Of a stretch of DNA of 64,000 nt, positions 12,801-25,188 are shown piece after piece. The stretch spans positions 120,220,001 through 120,284,000 of the forward strand of contig NC_045697.1 in NCBI RefSeq assembly GCF_009834535.1. Direction: 5' to 3'. The notes under the pieces are model-generated. The model was not told the DNA's origin and did not search any database. It saw only the letters and a program-made list of their open reading frames with translations. The stretch's first letter is position 1. Every line of letters begins with the position of its first letter. The stretch is from Camelus ferus. Taxonomy: Eukaryota. Both the position numbers and the translations under genes were made by a program.

Positions 12801-15800
12801 CCCTGTTAGGGAGAAGTCCGCTAATTAGCTCTACAGTCCTTCTCGGGCACCAGCTGCTACTTGGAATTCCAGCCCAACCCCCACGTTTCCCTTGCAGCCC
12901 GGCCTGGGTTAACACAGAGGGAAAGGAAGCTATTGGTGCTATTTGAACCCATGCCCTGCTGATAATTGTGGAAACCTTCGAACACTCAGGATAACAGAAC
13001 ATATCTCTCTGTGTGTGAGGGAGTAGGAAAACACACTCCAGCCATTTTTCTGGGGGTACGGCTTTTCCCAGGATGGGAGATGTCGCCAACTTACCTCCAC
13101 TTCCAATGGGGAGGCACTCGATACTTCTTCGCTTTCCAGACCAACTCCCAGCTTTCCTTTGAAGCCCGGCATAACGAAATACCTAGGAATGACAATATTA
13201 GCGATTCTATTAGAATCCGTTCTCTGCTGATGGTTGAAGGTACAACACACACTCAAAATTCCGGAACATGGCTTTGCTTGGTGGAGGTATGGAGACCAAC
13301 ACCACAATATGCCTGGGGGCACAGTTTCTCTCTGTCTGGGAGAAGCCCGCTAATTACCTCTACAGTCCATCTCTGGGCAATCCTGGCTAATTGGCTTTCC
13401 AGCCGAACCCCCAGTTTCCCTCGCAGCCCGCCCTGGAACACACTCAGGGATTATAAGCTAGTGGTTCTATTGGAACCCAGACACTGCAGACCGTTGTAGG
13501 AAGCTCCAAACACGCAGGATAACAGAACACTTTTTTTGTGTCTGATTGAGATGGTAAAAATTCCACGCATGTTTCAGGGTGTATAGGTTTTCCTAGGATG
13601 GGGGAGGTCAGATTATTCCCATTAATGCCCATGGGGACGTAATCGCACCTGCTTTGATTTCCATCCCATCCCCCAGTTTCCCTTGCAACCCAGTTCAGAG
13701 AAAACAGTCAGGAAATATAGCTAAAGTTTCTATTAGAACCCAGGCGCTGCTGACAGTTGTAGAAACCTCCCCATACTCAGGGTAACAGAACACATCTTTG
13801 TGTGTGAGATGGGGTAGGAATACACTGTACATGCATGTATCTGTGGTGCAGGTGTAACCGGTTTGGGAGACGTTGGCTAAGTATCTCTAAAGCCCATGGG
13901 GAGGCACTCTGTTATCTTCGATTTCCAGCCCTACTCCCAGCTTTCCCTTGCAGCCCGGGTTAGGAAAACACCCTGGGATGACAAACTAAATAATTCTATC
14001 AGAACCAGTGCCTGCTGTATATGTGAAGGAACTTCCAAACACTCAGGATTCTGGAACAGGAATTTGCTTGGTGCGAATTGTGATGACCCACAGCTCACTC
14101 AATCCTGGGGACCAAGATTTTCCCTTTTAGGGCCAAGTCCGCTAATTACCTCCATAGTCCATCTCATGGCACTCGCTGCTACTTGGATTCCCAGACCAAC
14201 CCCATGTTTCCCTTGCAGCCCGGCCTGGGGTAACACAGAGTGAGAAGAAGCTACTGGTGCTATTCGAACCCATGCCCTGCTGACAATTGTGGAAACCTTC
14301 GAACACTAAAGATAACTGAACATATCTTTCTGTGTGTGATGGTGTAGGAAAACATACTCCAGGCATTTTTCTGGGGATCCAGGTATTCCCAGGTTGGGAG
14401 ATGTCAGCTAGATTCCTTCAGTGCCCATGGGGTGGCACTGTCTTCTTCTTCGTTTTCAAGCCCAACTCCCAGCTTTGCCTTTCAGCCCGGACAAGTGAAA
14501 CACCCATGGAAGACACTTAATTGATTCTATCAGAACCCCGGCGTTGCTGTCTGTTGGAGGATCCTCCAAATCTTCAGGATTATGGAACACGTCTTTGAGT
14601 GTGGGGAGTTGTGGAACCTCTATCCACGCAGATGGATGGGGTCACAGATTTGTCCCTGTTAGGGAGATGTCCGCTATTTAACTCCACAGTACATTTTAGG
14701 GCACTCGCTGCTTCTTAGAATTTCAGACTATTCCCCAGTTTTCACTCGCAGCACGGCCTTATAAAACACTCAGTGAATATAAGGTAGGTTTCTATTGGAA
14801 CCCAGGTGCTGCAGACAATTGTAGGAACCTCCCCACACTCAGAATAACAGAACAATACTCTCAGTGTCTGATTTAGATGGGTAAACTAAATCCACGCATG
14901 TTTCAGGTTGTATAGGAGTTCCTAGGTTGTGGGAGTTCGGATATTTACATCCACTGTCCATGGGGAGTCCCTTGCATTTGCTTGGATTCCAGCCCAACCC
15001 CCAGCTTTCCCTCGCATCCCGGCCTGTGAAAACACTTAGGGAAAATATGCTATATTTTCTATAAGAACTAAGGTAATCCTGACAGTTGTAGAACCTCCCT
15101 ACACTAAGGAAAACAGAACACAGCTTTGTGTGTGTGACGGAGTAGGAAAACACAGAAAGGCATGTTTCTGGGGTGCAGGAGTTCGCAGGATGGTAAATGT
15201 TGGCTAATTACCTCCACAGCCCTTGGGGAAGCACTCTCTTCTTCTTGGATATCCAGCCCTAATCCTAGCATTCCCTTGCAGCCCGACCGTTGAAAACACC
15301 CTGTGATGACAAACTAAATCATTCTATCAGAACCAGGGCGCTGCTGTATGTTGGAGGAACCTCCAAACACTCAGGATTCCGGAACACGGATTGCTTGTTG
15401 CGAATTGTGAAGCCCCAGAGCACACTCATTGCTGGGGCCCAAGATTTTCCCTTTTAGGGACAAGTCCGCTAATTACCTCAATAGTCCATTTTGGGGCACT
15501 TGCTGCTACTTGGATTTCCAGCCCAAACCCAAGCTTTCCCTCTCAGCACGGCCTGGGAAAACACACAGGGAAAATATGTTATTGTTTGTAATGGAACCCA
15601 GTCTCTACCTAACTTTGTAGGAACCTTCCCACAACTAGGATAAAAGAAGAAAATTTTGTGTGTCTTATGGTGATGGGTAAACAAACTCCAAACATATATC
15701 AGGGGGCTTAGATGTTCCAAGGCAGTGGGACGTCAGAAAATTACCTCAAATTCTCATGGGCAGTAACTCGCTGCTGCTACGAATTACAGCCAAGCCCACA

Positions 15801-18800
15801 GTTTACCTCGCAGCCAGGCCTGTGAAAACACTCACGGAAAACTAAATACTGGTGCTACTAGAACCCAGGCGCTGCTGAAATTTGTAGAATACTCCCCACA
15901 CTCAGGATAGCAGAACAAATTTTGTGTGTGTGATTTTGGAGGAAAATACACTCCAGGCATGTTTCTGGGGGTACAGCTCTTCCCAGGTTTGGAGATGTTG
16001 CCTAATTACCTCCACATCCAATGGGGAGGCACTCTATACTTCTTCGCTTTCCAGACCAACTCCCAGCTTTCGTTTGAAGCCCGGCCTAAGAAAACACCTA
16101 GGGATGACAATATTAGTGATTCTATCAGAACCCCCGCTCTGCTGCCTTTTGGAAGTACAACACACACTCAAAATTACGGAACATGGATTTGCTTAGTGGA
16201 GGTATGGAGACCAACACCACAAGATGCCTGGGGGCACAGTTTCTGTCTGTTTGGGAGAATCCCGCTCATTACCTCTACAGTCAATTTCTGGGCAATCCTA
16301 GCTACTTGGCTTTCCAGAACAACCACCAGTTTCCCTCGCAGCCCGCCCTATATAACACTCAGAGTTTATAAGCTAGTGGTTCTATTATAACCCAGGCACT
16401 GCAGACCGTTGTAGGTAGCCCCGAACACGCAGGATAACAGAACACATTTTTGTGTATGATTGAGTTGGTAAAAACGCAACGCATGTTTCAGGGGATACAG
16501 GATTTCCTAGGTTGGGGAGGTCAGATTATTCACATTAATGCCCATGGGGAGATAATCGCTCCTGCTTGGATTTCCATCCCATCCCCCAGTTTCCCTTGCA
16601 ACACAGTCAGAGAAAACAGTCAGGAAATTTTGCTAAAATTTCTATTAGAACCCAGGCGCTGCTGACAGTTGTAGAAACTTCTACATACACAGTTTAACAG
16701 AACACTTCTTTGTGTGTGTGATTGAGTAGGAAAACAGAGTCCATGCATGTTTCTGGGGTGCAGGTGTAACCAGGATGTGAGACGTTGGCTAAGTATCTCC
16801 ACAGCCCGTGGGGAGTCACTCTGTTTTTCTTCGTTTTCCAGCCCTACTCACAGCTTTCCCTTGCAGCCCGTGTTAGGAAAACACCCAGGGATGACAAAAT
16901 AAGTGATTCTTTCAGAACCCCGGCGCTGCTATCTTTTGGAGGAACCTCCACACACACTGGATTAACAAACACGTCTTTGCTTGGGGGAATTGTGAAGCCC
17001 CACTTCACACACATGGCTGAGAGCACAAGTTTTTCCATGTTAGGTAGATGTCCGCTAATTACCTCTACATACCATCGTGGGGCACTCGCTGCTACTTGGA
17101 ATTCCATCCCAAACCCCAGGATTACCTTGCAGACCGGCCTGGGGAAACACACAGGGAAAGTATCTCATGGTGCTTTTAGAACACATGCGCTGATGACAAT
17201 TGTCGAAAACTTCGAACACTCATGATAACAGAGCACATCTTTCTGTGTGTGATGGAGTAGTAAAACACAATCCAGGCATTTTTTCTGGGGATCCAGTTTT
17301 TCCCATGTTGGGAGATGTTGGCTAGGTTCCGTCACTGCCCATGTTGATGAATTGACTTCTTCTTCGTTTTCAAGCCCAACTCCCAACTTTCCCTTGCATC
17401 CCGGTCTAGGATTATACCCAGGGATGACATTCTAAGTGATTTTATCAGAGCTAAGTTGCTGCTGTATTATTTAGGAACTTCCAGAAACTTAGGATTCTGG
17501 ATCACTGCTATGCTTGGGGGTAGCTTTGGAGACCCACACAACAGAGATGGCTGGGGGCACAGAATTTTCCCTGTTAGGGAGATGTCCGCTAATTACCTCC
17601 TCTGTCCATTACAGGTCACTCGATTCTACATGGCTTTCCAGCGCAAGCGCATCATTCCCTCGCTGGCCGGCCTGGGAAAACAATCAGGGATAATAAGCCA
17701 GTGGTTCTATTGGAACCCAGGTACTGCAGAACATTGTAGGATACTCCCGACACCCAGGAAAAGAGAACACTTCTTTGTGTGTCTCATGAAGTTTCGTAAA
17801 AAACTCCACGCGTGTTTCAGGGGTTAAAGTGTTGCTAGTTAGTGGGAGTTCGGGTAATTCCCTCCAATGCCCATTGGGAGGCACTCGCTCCTGCTTGGCT
17901 TTCAAGCCCAACCCCCAGCTTTCCCTCTCAGCCTGGCCTCGGAAAACACTCATGGATTATATGCTATTGGTTGTATTTGAACCCAGTCGCTACCTACCGT
18001 TGTAGGCTCCTTCCCACATCTAGGATCACAGAAGAAATCTTTGTGTGTCTGATGGAGATGGGTAAACAAAATCCACACATGTTTCAGAGGGCACAGATGT
18101 TCCAAGGCTGTGGGACGTCGGAAAATTACCTCAAATTCTCATGGGGAGTATCTCACTGCTGCTACGAAATTCAGCCAAACCCACAGCTTTTCCTCGCAGG
18201 TAGGTGTGTGAAAACACTCACGGAAAAGAAAATACTGGTGCTATTAGAACCAAGGCGCTGCTGATATTTGTAGAAACTTCCCCAAACTCAGGATAGCAGA
18301 ACACATCTTTGTGTGTGTGATGGTGTAGAGAAATACACTCCAGGCATATTTCTGGTGTTACAGCTCTTCCCAGGTTTGGAGATATCGCCTAATAATCTCC
18401 ACTGTCAATGGGGAGGCTATCTATACTTCTTCGCTTTGCAGACCATCTCCCAAATTTCCCTTACAGCCCGGCCTAAGAAAGCACCTAGTGATGACAAAAT
18501 TATTTATTCTATGGAAACCCATCGCTGCTGCCTGTTGGAGGTACAACACAAACTCAATATTCTGGAACATAGCTTTGCTTGGTGGAGGTGTGGAGACAAA
18601 CACCACAAGATCCCTGGGGGCACATTTCTCTCTGTGAGAAGTCCGCTAATTAACTCTACAGTCAATCTCTGGGCACTCGTTGCTACTTGGCTTTCAATCC
18701 GAACCCCCAGCTTTCCTTCGCTGCCCGCCCTGGAAAACACTCAGAGATAATAAGTTAATGGTTCTATTTGAACTCAAGCACTGCAGACCGTTGTAGGAAC

Positions 18801-21800
18801 CTCCGAACACGCAGGATAACAGAAAAATTTTTTGTGTCTTATTGAGATGGTAAAAGCTCCACGCATGTTTCAGGGTGTACTGCTGTTCCTAGGTTGTGGG
18901 AGGTCAGATACATCCCACTACAGCCCATGGGGAAGTACTCGCACCTGCTTGGCTTTCCAGCCCATCCCTCAGTTTCCTTTGCAACCCAGTATGAGAAAAC
19001 AATCAGGAAATTTAGCTAAAGTTTCTATCAGAACCCCGGTGCTGCAGTCTGTTGTAGGAACTTCAACACACACAGGATTCCCAAACACGGCTTTGCTTGG
19101 AAGGGTTTTGAAGCCCCAATCCACAAACAAGGCTGGGGGCTCAAGTTTTTCCCTGTTAGGGAGAAGTCCGCTAATTAGCTCTACAGTCCTTCTCGGGCAC
19201 CAGCTGCTACTTGGAATTCCAGCCCAACCCCCACGTTTCCCTTGCAGCCCGGCCTGGGTTAACACAGAGGGAAAGAAAGCTATTGGTGCTATTTGAACCC
19301 ATGCCCTGCTGATAATTGTGGAAACCTTCGAACACTCAGGATAACAGAACATATCTCTCTGTGTGTGAGGGAGTAGGAAAACACACTCCAGCCATTTTTC
19401 TGGGGGTACGGCTTTTCCCAGGATGGGAGATGTCGCCAACTTACCTCCACTTCCAATGGGGAGGCACTCGATACTTCTTCGCTTTCCAGACCAACTCCCA
19501 GCTTTCCTTTGAAGCCCGGCATAACGAAATACCTAGGAATGACAATATTAGCGATTCTATTAGAATCCGTTCTCTGCTGATGGTTGGAGGTACAACACAC
19601 ACTCAAAATTCCGGAACATGGCTTTGCTTGGTGGAGGTATGGAGACCAACACCACAATATGCCTGGGGGCACAGTTTCTCTCTGTCTGGGAGAAGCCCGC
19701 TAATTACCTCTACAGTCCATCTCTGGGCAATCCTGGCTAATTGGCTTTCCAGCCGAACCCCCAGTTTCCCTCGCAGCCCGCCCTGGAACACACTCAGGGA
19801 TTATAAGCTAGTGGTTCTATTGGAACCCAGACACTGCAGACCGTTGTAGGAAGCTCCAAACACGCAGGATAACAGAACACTTTTTTTGTGTCTGATTGAG
19901 ATGGTAAAAATTCCACGCATGTTTCAGGGTGTATAGGTTTTCCTAGGATGGGGGAGGTCAGATTATTCCCATTAATGCCCATGGGGACGTAATCGCACCT
20001 GCTTTGATTTCCATCCCATCCCCCAGTTTCCCTTGCAACCCAGTTCAGAGAAAACAGTCAGGAAATATAGCTAAAGTTTCTATTAGAACCCAGGCGCTGC
20101 TGACAGTTGTAGAAACCTCCCCATACTCAGGGTAACAGAACACATCTTTGTGTGTGAGATGGGGTAGGAATACACTGTACATGCATGTATCTGTGGTGCA
20201 GGTGTAACCAGTTTGGGAGACGTTGGCTAAGTATCTCTAAAGCCCATGGGGAGGCACTCTGTTATCTTCGATTTCCAGCCCTACTCCCAGCTTTCCCTTG
20301 CAGCCCGGGTTAGGAAAACACCCTGGGATGACAAACTAAATAATTCTATCAGAACCAGTGCCTGCTGTATATGTGAAGGAACTTCCAAACACTCAGGATT
20401 CTGGAACAGGAATTTGCTTGGTGCGAATTGTGATGACCCACAGCTCACTCAATCCTGGGGACCAAGATTTTCCCTTTTAGGGCCAAGTCCGCTAATTACC
20501 TCCATAGTCCATCTCATGGCACTCGCTGCTACTTGGATTCCCAGACCAACCCACATGTTTCCCTTGCAGCCCGGCCTGGGGTAACACAGAGTGAGAAGAA
20601 GCTACTGGTGCTATTCGAACCCATGCCCTGCTGACAATTGTGGAAACCTTCGAACACTAAAGATAACTGAACATATCTTTCTGTGTGTGATGGTGTAGGA
20701 AAACATACTCCAGGCATTTTTCTGGGGATCCAGGTATTCCCAGGTTGGGAGATGTCAGCTAGATTCCTTCAGTGCCCATGGGGTGGCACTGTCTTCTTCT
20801 TCGTTTTCAAGCCCAACTCCCAGCTTTGCCTTTCAGCCCGGACAAGTGAAACACCCATGGAAGACACTTAATTGATTCTATCAGAACCCCGGCGTTGCTG
20901 TCTGTTGGAGGATCCTCCAAATCTTCAGGATTATGGAACACGTCTTTGAGTGTGGGGAGTTGTGGAACCTCTATCCACGCAGATGGATGGGGTCACAGAT
21001 TTGTCCCTGTTAGGGAGATGTCCGCTATTTAACTCCACAGTACATTTTAGGGCACTCGCTGCTTCTTAGAATTTCAGACTATTCCCCAGTTTTCACTCGC
21101 AGCACGGCCTTGTAAAACACTCAGTGAATATAAGGTAGGTTTCTATTGGAACCCAGGTGCTGCAGACAATTGTAGGAACCTCCCCACACTCAGAATAACA
21201 GAACAATACTCTCAGTGTCTGATTTAGATGGGTAAACTAAATCCACGCATGTTTCAGGTTGTATAGGAGTTCCTAGGTTGTGGGAGTTCGGATATTTACA
21301 TCCACTGTCCATGGGGAGTCCCTTGCATTTGCTTGGATTCCAGCCCAACCCCCAGCTTTCCCTCGCATCCCGGCCTGTGAAAACACTTAGGGAAAATATG
21401 CTATATTTTCTATAAGAACTAAGGTAATCCTGACAGTTGTAGAACCTCCCTACACTAAGGAAAACAGAACACAGCTTTGTGTGTGTGACGGAGTAGGAAA
21501 ACACAGAAAGGCATGTTTCTGGGGTGCAGGAGTTCGCAGGATGGTAAATGTTGGCTAATTACCTCCACAGCCCTTGGGGAAGCACTCTCTTCTTCTTGGA
21601 TATCCAGCCCTAATCCTAGCATTCCCTTGCAGCCCGACCGTTGAAAACACCCTGTGATGACAAACTAAATCATTCTATCAGAACCAGGGCGCTGCTGTAT
21701 GTTGGAGGAACCTCCAAACACTCAGGATTCCGGAACACGGATTGCTTGTTGCGAATTGTGAAGCCCCAGAGCACACTCATTGCTGGGGCCCAAGATTTTC

Positions 21801-24800
21801 CCTTTTAGGGACAAGTCCGCTAATTACCTCAATAGTCCATTTTGGGGCACTTGCTGCTACTTGGATTTCCAGCCCAAACCCAAGCTTTCCCTCTCAGCAC
21901 GGCCTGGGAAAACACACAGGGAAAATATGTTATTGTTTGTAATGGAACCCAGTCTCTACCTAATTTTGTAGGAACCTTCCCACAACTAGGATAAAAGAAG
22001 AAAATTTTGTGTGTCTTATGGTGATGGGTAAACAAACTCCAAACATATATCAGGGGGCTTAGATGTTCCAAGGCAGTGGGACGTCAGAAAATTACCTCAA
22101 ATTCTCATGGGCAGTAACTCGCTGCTGCTACAAATTACAGCCAAGCCCACAGTTTACCTCGCAGCCAGGCCTGTGAAAACACTCACGGAAAACTAAATAC
22201 TGGTGCTACTAGAACCCAGGCGCTGCTGAAATTTGTAGAATACTCCCCACACTCAGGATAGCAGAACAAATTTTGTGTGTGTGATTTTGGAGGAAAATAC
22301 ACTCCAGGCATGTTTCTGGGGGTACAGCTCTTCCCAGGTTTGGAGATGTTGCCTAATTACCTCCACATCCAATGGGGAGGCACTCTATACTTCTTCGCTT
22401 TCCAGACCAACTCCCAGCTTTCGTTTGAAGCCCGGCCTAAGAAAACACCTAGGGATGACAATATTAGTGATTCTATCAGAACCCCCGCTCTGCTGCCTTT
22501 TGGAAGTACAACACACACTCAAAATTACGGAACATGGATTTGCTTAGTGGAGGTATGGAGACCAACACCACAAGATGCCTGGGGGCACAGTTTCTGTCTG
22601 TTTGGGAGAATCCCGCTCATTACCTCTACAGTCAATTTCTGGGCAATCCTAGCTACTTGGCTTTCCAGAACAACCACCAGTTTCCCTCGCAGCCCGCCCT
22701 ATATAACACTCAGAGTTTATAAGCTAGTGGTTCTATTATAACCCAGGCACTGCAGACCGTTGTAGGTAGCCCCGAACACGCAGGATAACAGAACACATTT
22801 TTTGTGTATGATTGAGTTGGTAAAAACGCAACGCATGTTTCAGGGGATACAGGATTTCCTAGGTTGGGGAGGTCAGATTATTCACATTAATGCCCATGGG
22901 GAGATAATCGCTCCTGCTTGGATTTCCATCCCATCCCCCAGTTTCCCTTGCAACACAGTCAGAGAAAACAGTCAGGAAATTTTGCTAAAATTTCTATTAG
23001 AACCCAGGCGCTGCTGACAGTTGTAGAAACTTCTACATACACAGTTTAACAGAACACTTCTTTGTGTGTGTGATTGAGTAGGAAAACAGAGTCCATGCAT
23101 GTTTCTGGGGTGCAGGTGTAACCAGGATGTGAGACGTTGGCTAAGTATCTCCACAGCCCGTGGGGAGTCACTCTGTTTTTCTTCGTTTTCCAGCCCTACT
23201 CACAGCTTTCCCTTGCAGCCCGTGTTAGGAAAACACCCAGGGATGACAAAATAAGTGATTCTTTCAGAACCCCGGCGCTGCTATCTTTTGGAGGAACCTC
23301 CACACACACTGGATTAACAAACACGTCTTTGCTTGGGGGAATTGTGAAGCCCCACTTCACACACATGGCTGAGAGCACAAGTTTTTCCATGTTAGGTAGA
23401 TGTCCGCTAATTACCTCTACATACCATCGTGGGGCACTCGCTGCTACTTGGAATTCCATCCCAAACCCCAGGATTACCTTGCAGACCGGCCTGGGGAAAC
23501 ACACAGGGAAAAGTATCTCATGGTGCTTTTAGAACACATGCGCTGATGACAATTGTCGAAAACTTCGAACACTCATGATAACAGAGCACATCTTTCTGTG
23601 TGTGATGGAGTAGTAAAACACAATCCAGGCATTTTTCTGGGGATCCAGTTTTTCCCATGTTGGGAGATGTTGGCTAGGTTCCGTCACTGCCCATGTTGAT
23701 GAATTGACTTCTTCTTCGTTTTCAAGCCCAACTCCCAACTTTCCCTTGCATCCCGGTCTAGGATTATACCCAGGGATGACATTCTAAGTGATTTTATCAG
23801 AGCTAAGTTGCTGCTGTATTATTTAGGAACTTCCAGAAACTTAGGATTCTGGATCACTGCTATGCTTGGGGGTAGCTTTGGAGACCCACACAACAGAGAT
23901 GGCTGGGGGCACAGAATTTTCCCTGTTAGGGAGATGTCCGCTAATTACCTCCTCTGTCCATTACAGGTCACTCGATTCTACATGGCTTTCCAGCGCAAGC
24001 GCATCATTCCCTCGCTGGCCGGCCTGGGAAAACAATCAGGGATAATAAGCCAGTGGTTCTATTGGAACCCAGGTACTGCAGAACATTGTAGGATACTCCC
24101 GACACCCAGGAAAAGAGAACACTTCTTTGTGTGTCTCATGAAGTTTCGTAAAAAACTCCACGCGTGTTTCAGGGGTTAAAGTGTTGCTAGTTAGTGGGAG
24201 TTCGGGTAATTCCCTCCAATGCCCATTGGGAGGCACTCGCTCCTGCTTGGCTTTCAAGCCCAACCCCCAGCTTTCCCTCTCAGCCTGGCCTCGGAAAACA
24301 CTCATGGATTATATGCTATTGGTTGTATTTGAACCCAGTCGCTACCTACCGTTGTAGGCTCCTTCCCACATCTAGGATCACAGAAGAAATCTTTGTGTGT
24401 CTGATGGAGATGGGTAAACAAAATCCACGCATGTTTCAGAGGGCACAGATGTTCCAAGGCTGTGGGACGTCGGAAAATTACCTCAAATTCTCATGGGGAG
24501 TATCTCACTGCTGCTACGAAATTCAGCCAAACCCACAGCTTTTCCTCGCAGGTAGGTGTGTGAAAACACTCACGGAAAAGAAAATACTGGTGCTATTAGA
24601 ACCAAGGCGCTGCTGATATTTGTAGAAACTTCCCCAAACTCAGGATAGCAGAACACATCTTTGTGTGTGTGATGGTGTAGAGAAATACACTCCAGGCATA
24701 TTTCTGGTGTTACAGCTCTTCCCAGGTTTGGAGATATCGCCTAATAATCTCCACTGTCAATGGGGAGGCTATCTATACTTCTTCGCTTTGCAGACCATCT

Positions 24801-25188
24801 CCCAAATTTCCCTTACAGCCCGGCCTAAGAAAGCACCTAGTGATGACAAAATTATTTATTCTATGGAAACCCATCGCTGCTGCCTGTTGGAGGTACAACA
24901 CAAACTCAATATTCTGGAACATAGCTTTGCTTGGTGGAGGTGTGGAGACAAACACCACAAGATCCCTGGGGGCACATTTCTCTCTGTGAGAAGTCCGCTA
25001 ATTAACTCTACAGTCAATCTCTGGGCACTCGTTGCTACTTGGCTTTCAATCCGAACCCCCAGCTTTCCTTCGCTGCCCGCCCTGGAAAACACTCAGAGAT
25101 AATAAGTTAATGGTTCTATTTGAACTCAAGCACTGCAGACCGTTGTAGGAACCTCCGAACACGCAGGATAACAGAAAAATTTTTTGTG
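9807..25188 (+). repeat. Near-identical tandem 24-monomer HOR, period 6,350-6,351 bp, ~2.4 copies
   Basis: Identical or near-identical ORF translations at offsets of 6350-6352: 11107/17456/23808, 11963/18313/24665, 12966/19316, 15926/22277. A short deletion marker cacatttctctctgtgagaa is shared at ~12271, 18621, 24973. Copies diverge before ~9807 and after ~25188. Confidence 0.92.

Noticed and set aside
14262..14271. attcgaaccc (reverse complement gggttcgaat), resembling a Pol III B-box/tRNA T-loop
   Set aside because: It is only a variant of the ctattagaaccc motif in T monomers, with no A-box or cloverleaf. It is not evidence of tRNA or SINE origin.
16069..16086. CENP-B box-like ttcgtttgaagcccgg (and cttcgttttcaagccc elsewhere)
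   Set aside because: The canonical core needs TTCG-N4-A-N2-CGGG, and these sites lack the CGGG. I saw no canonical box, though an exhaustive motif scan was not possible by eye.
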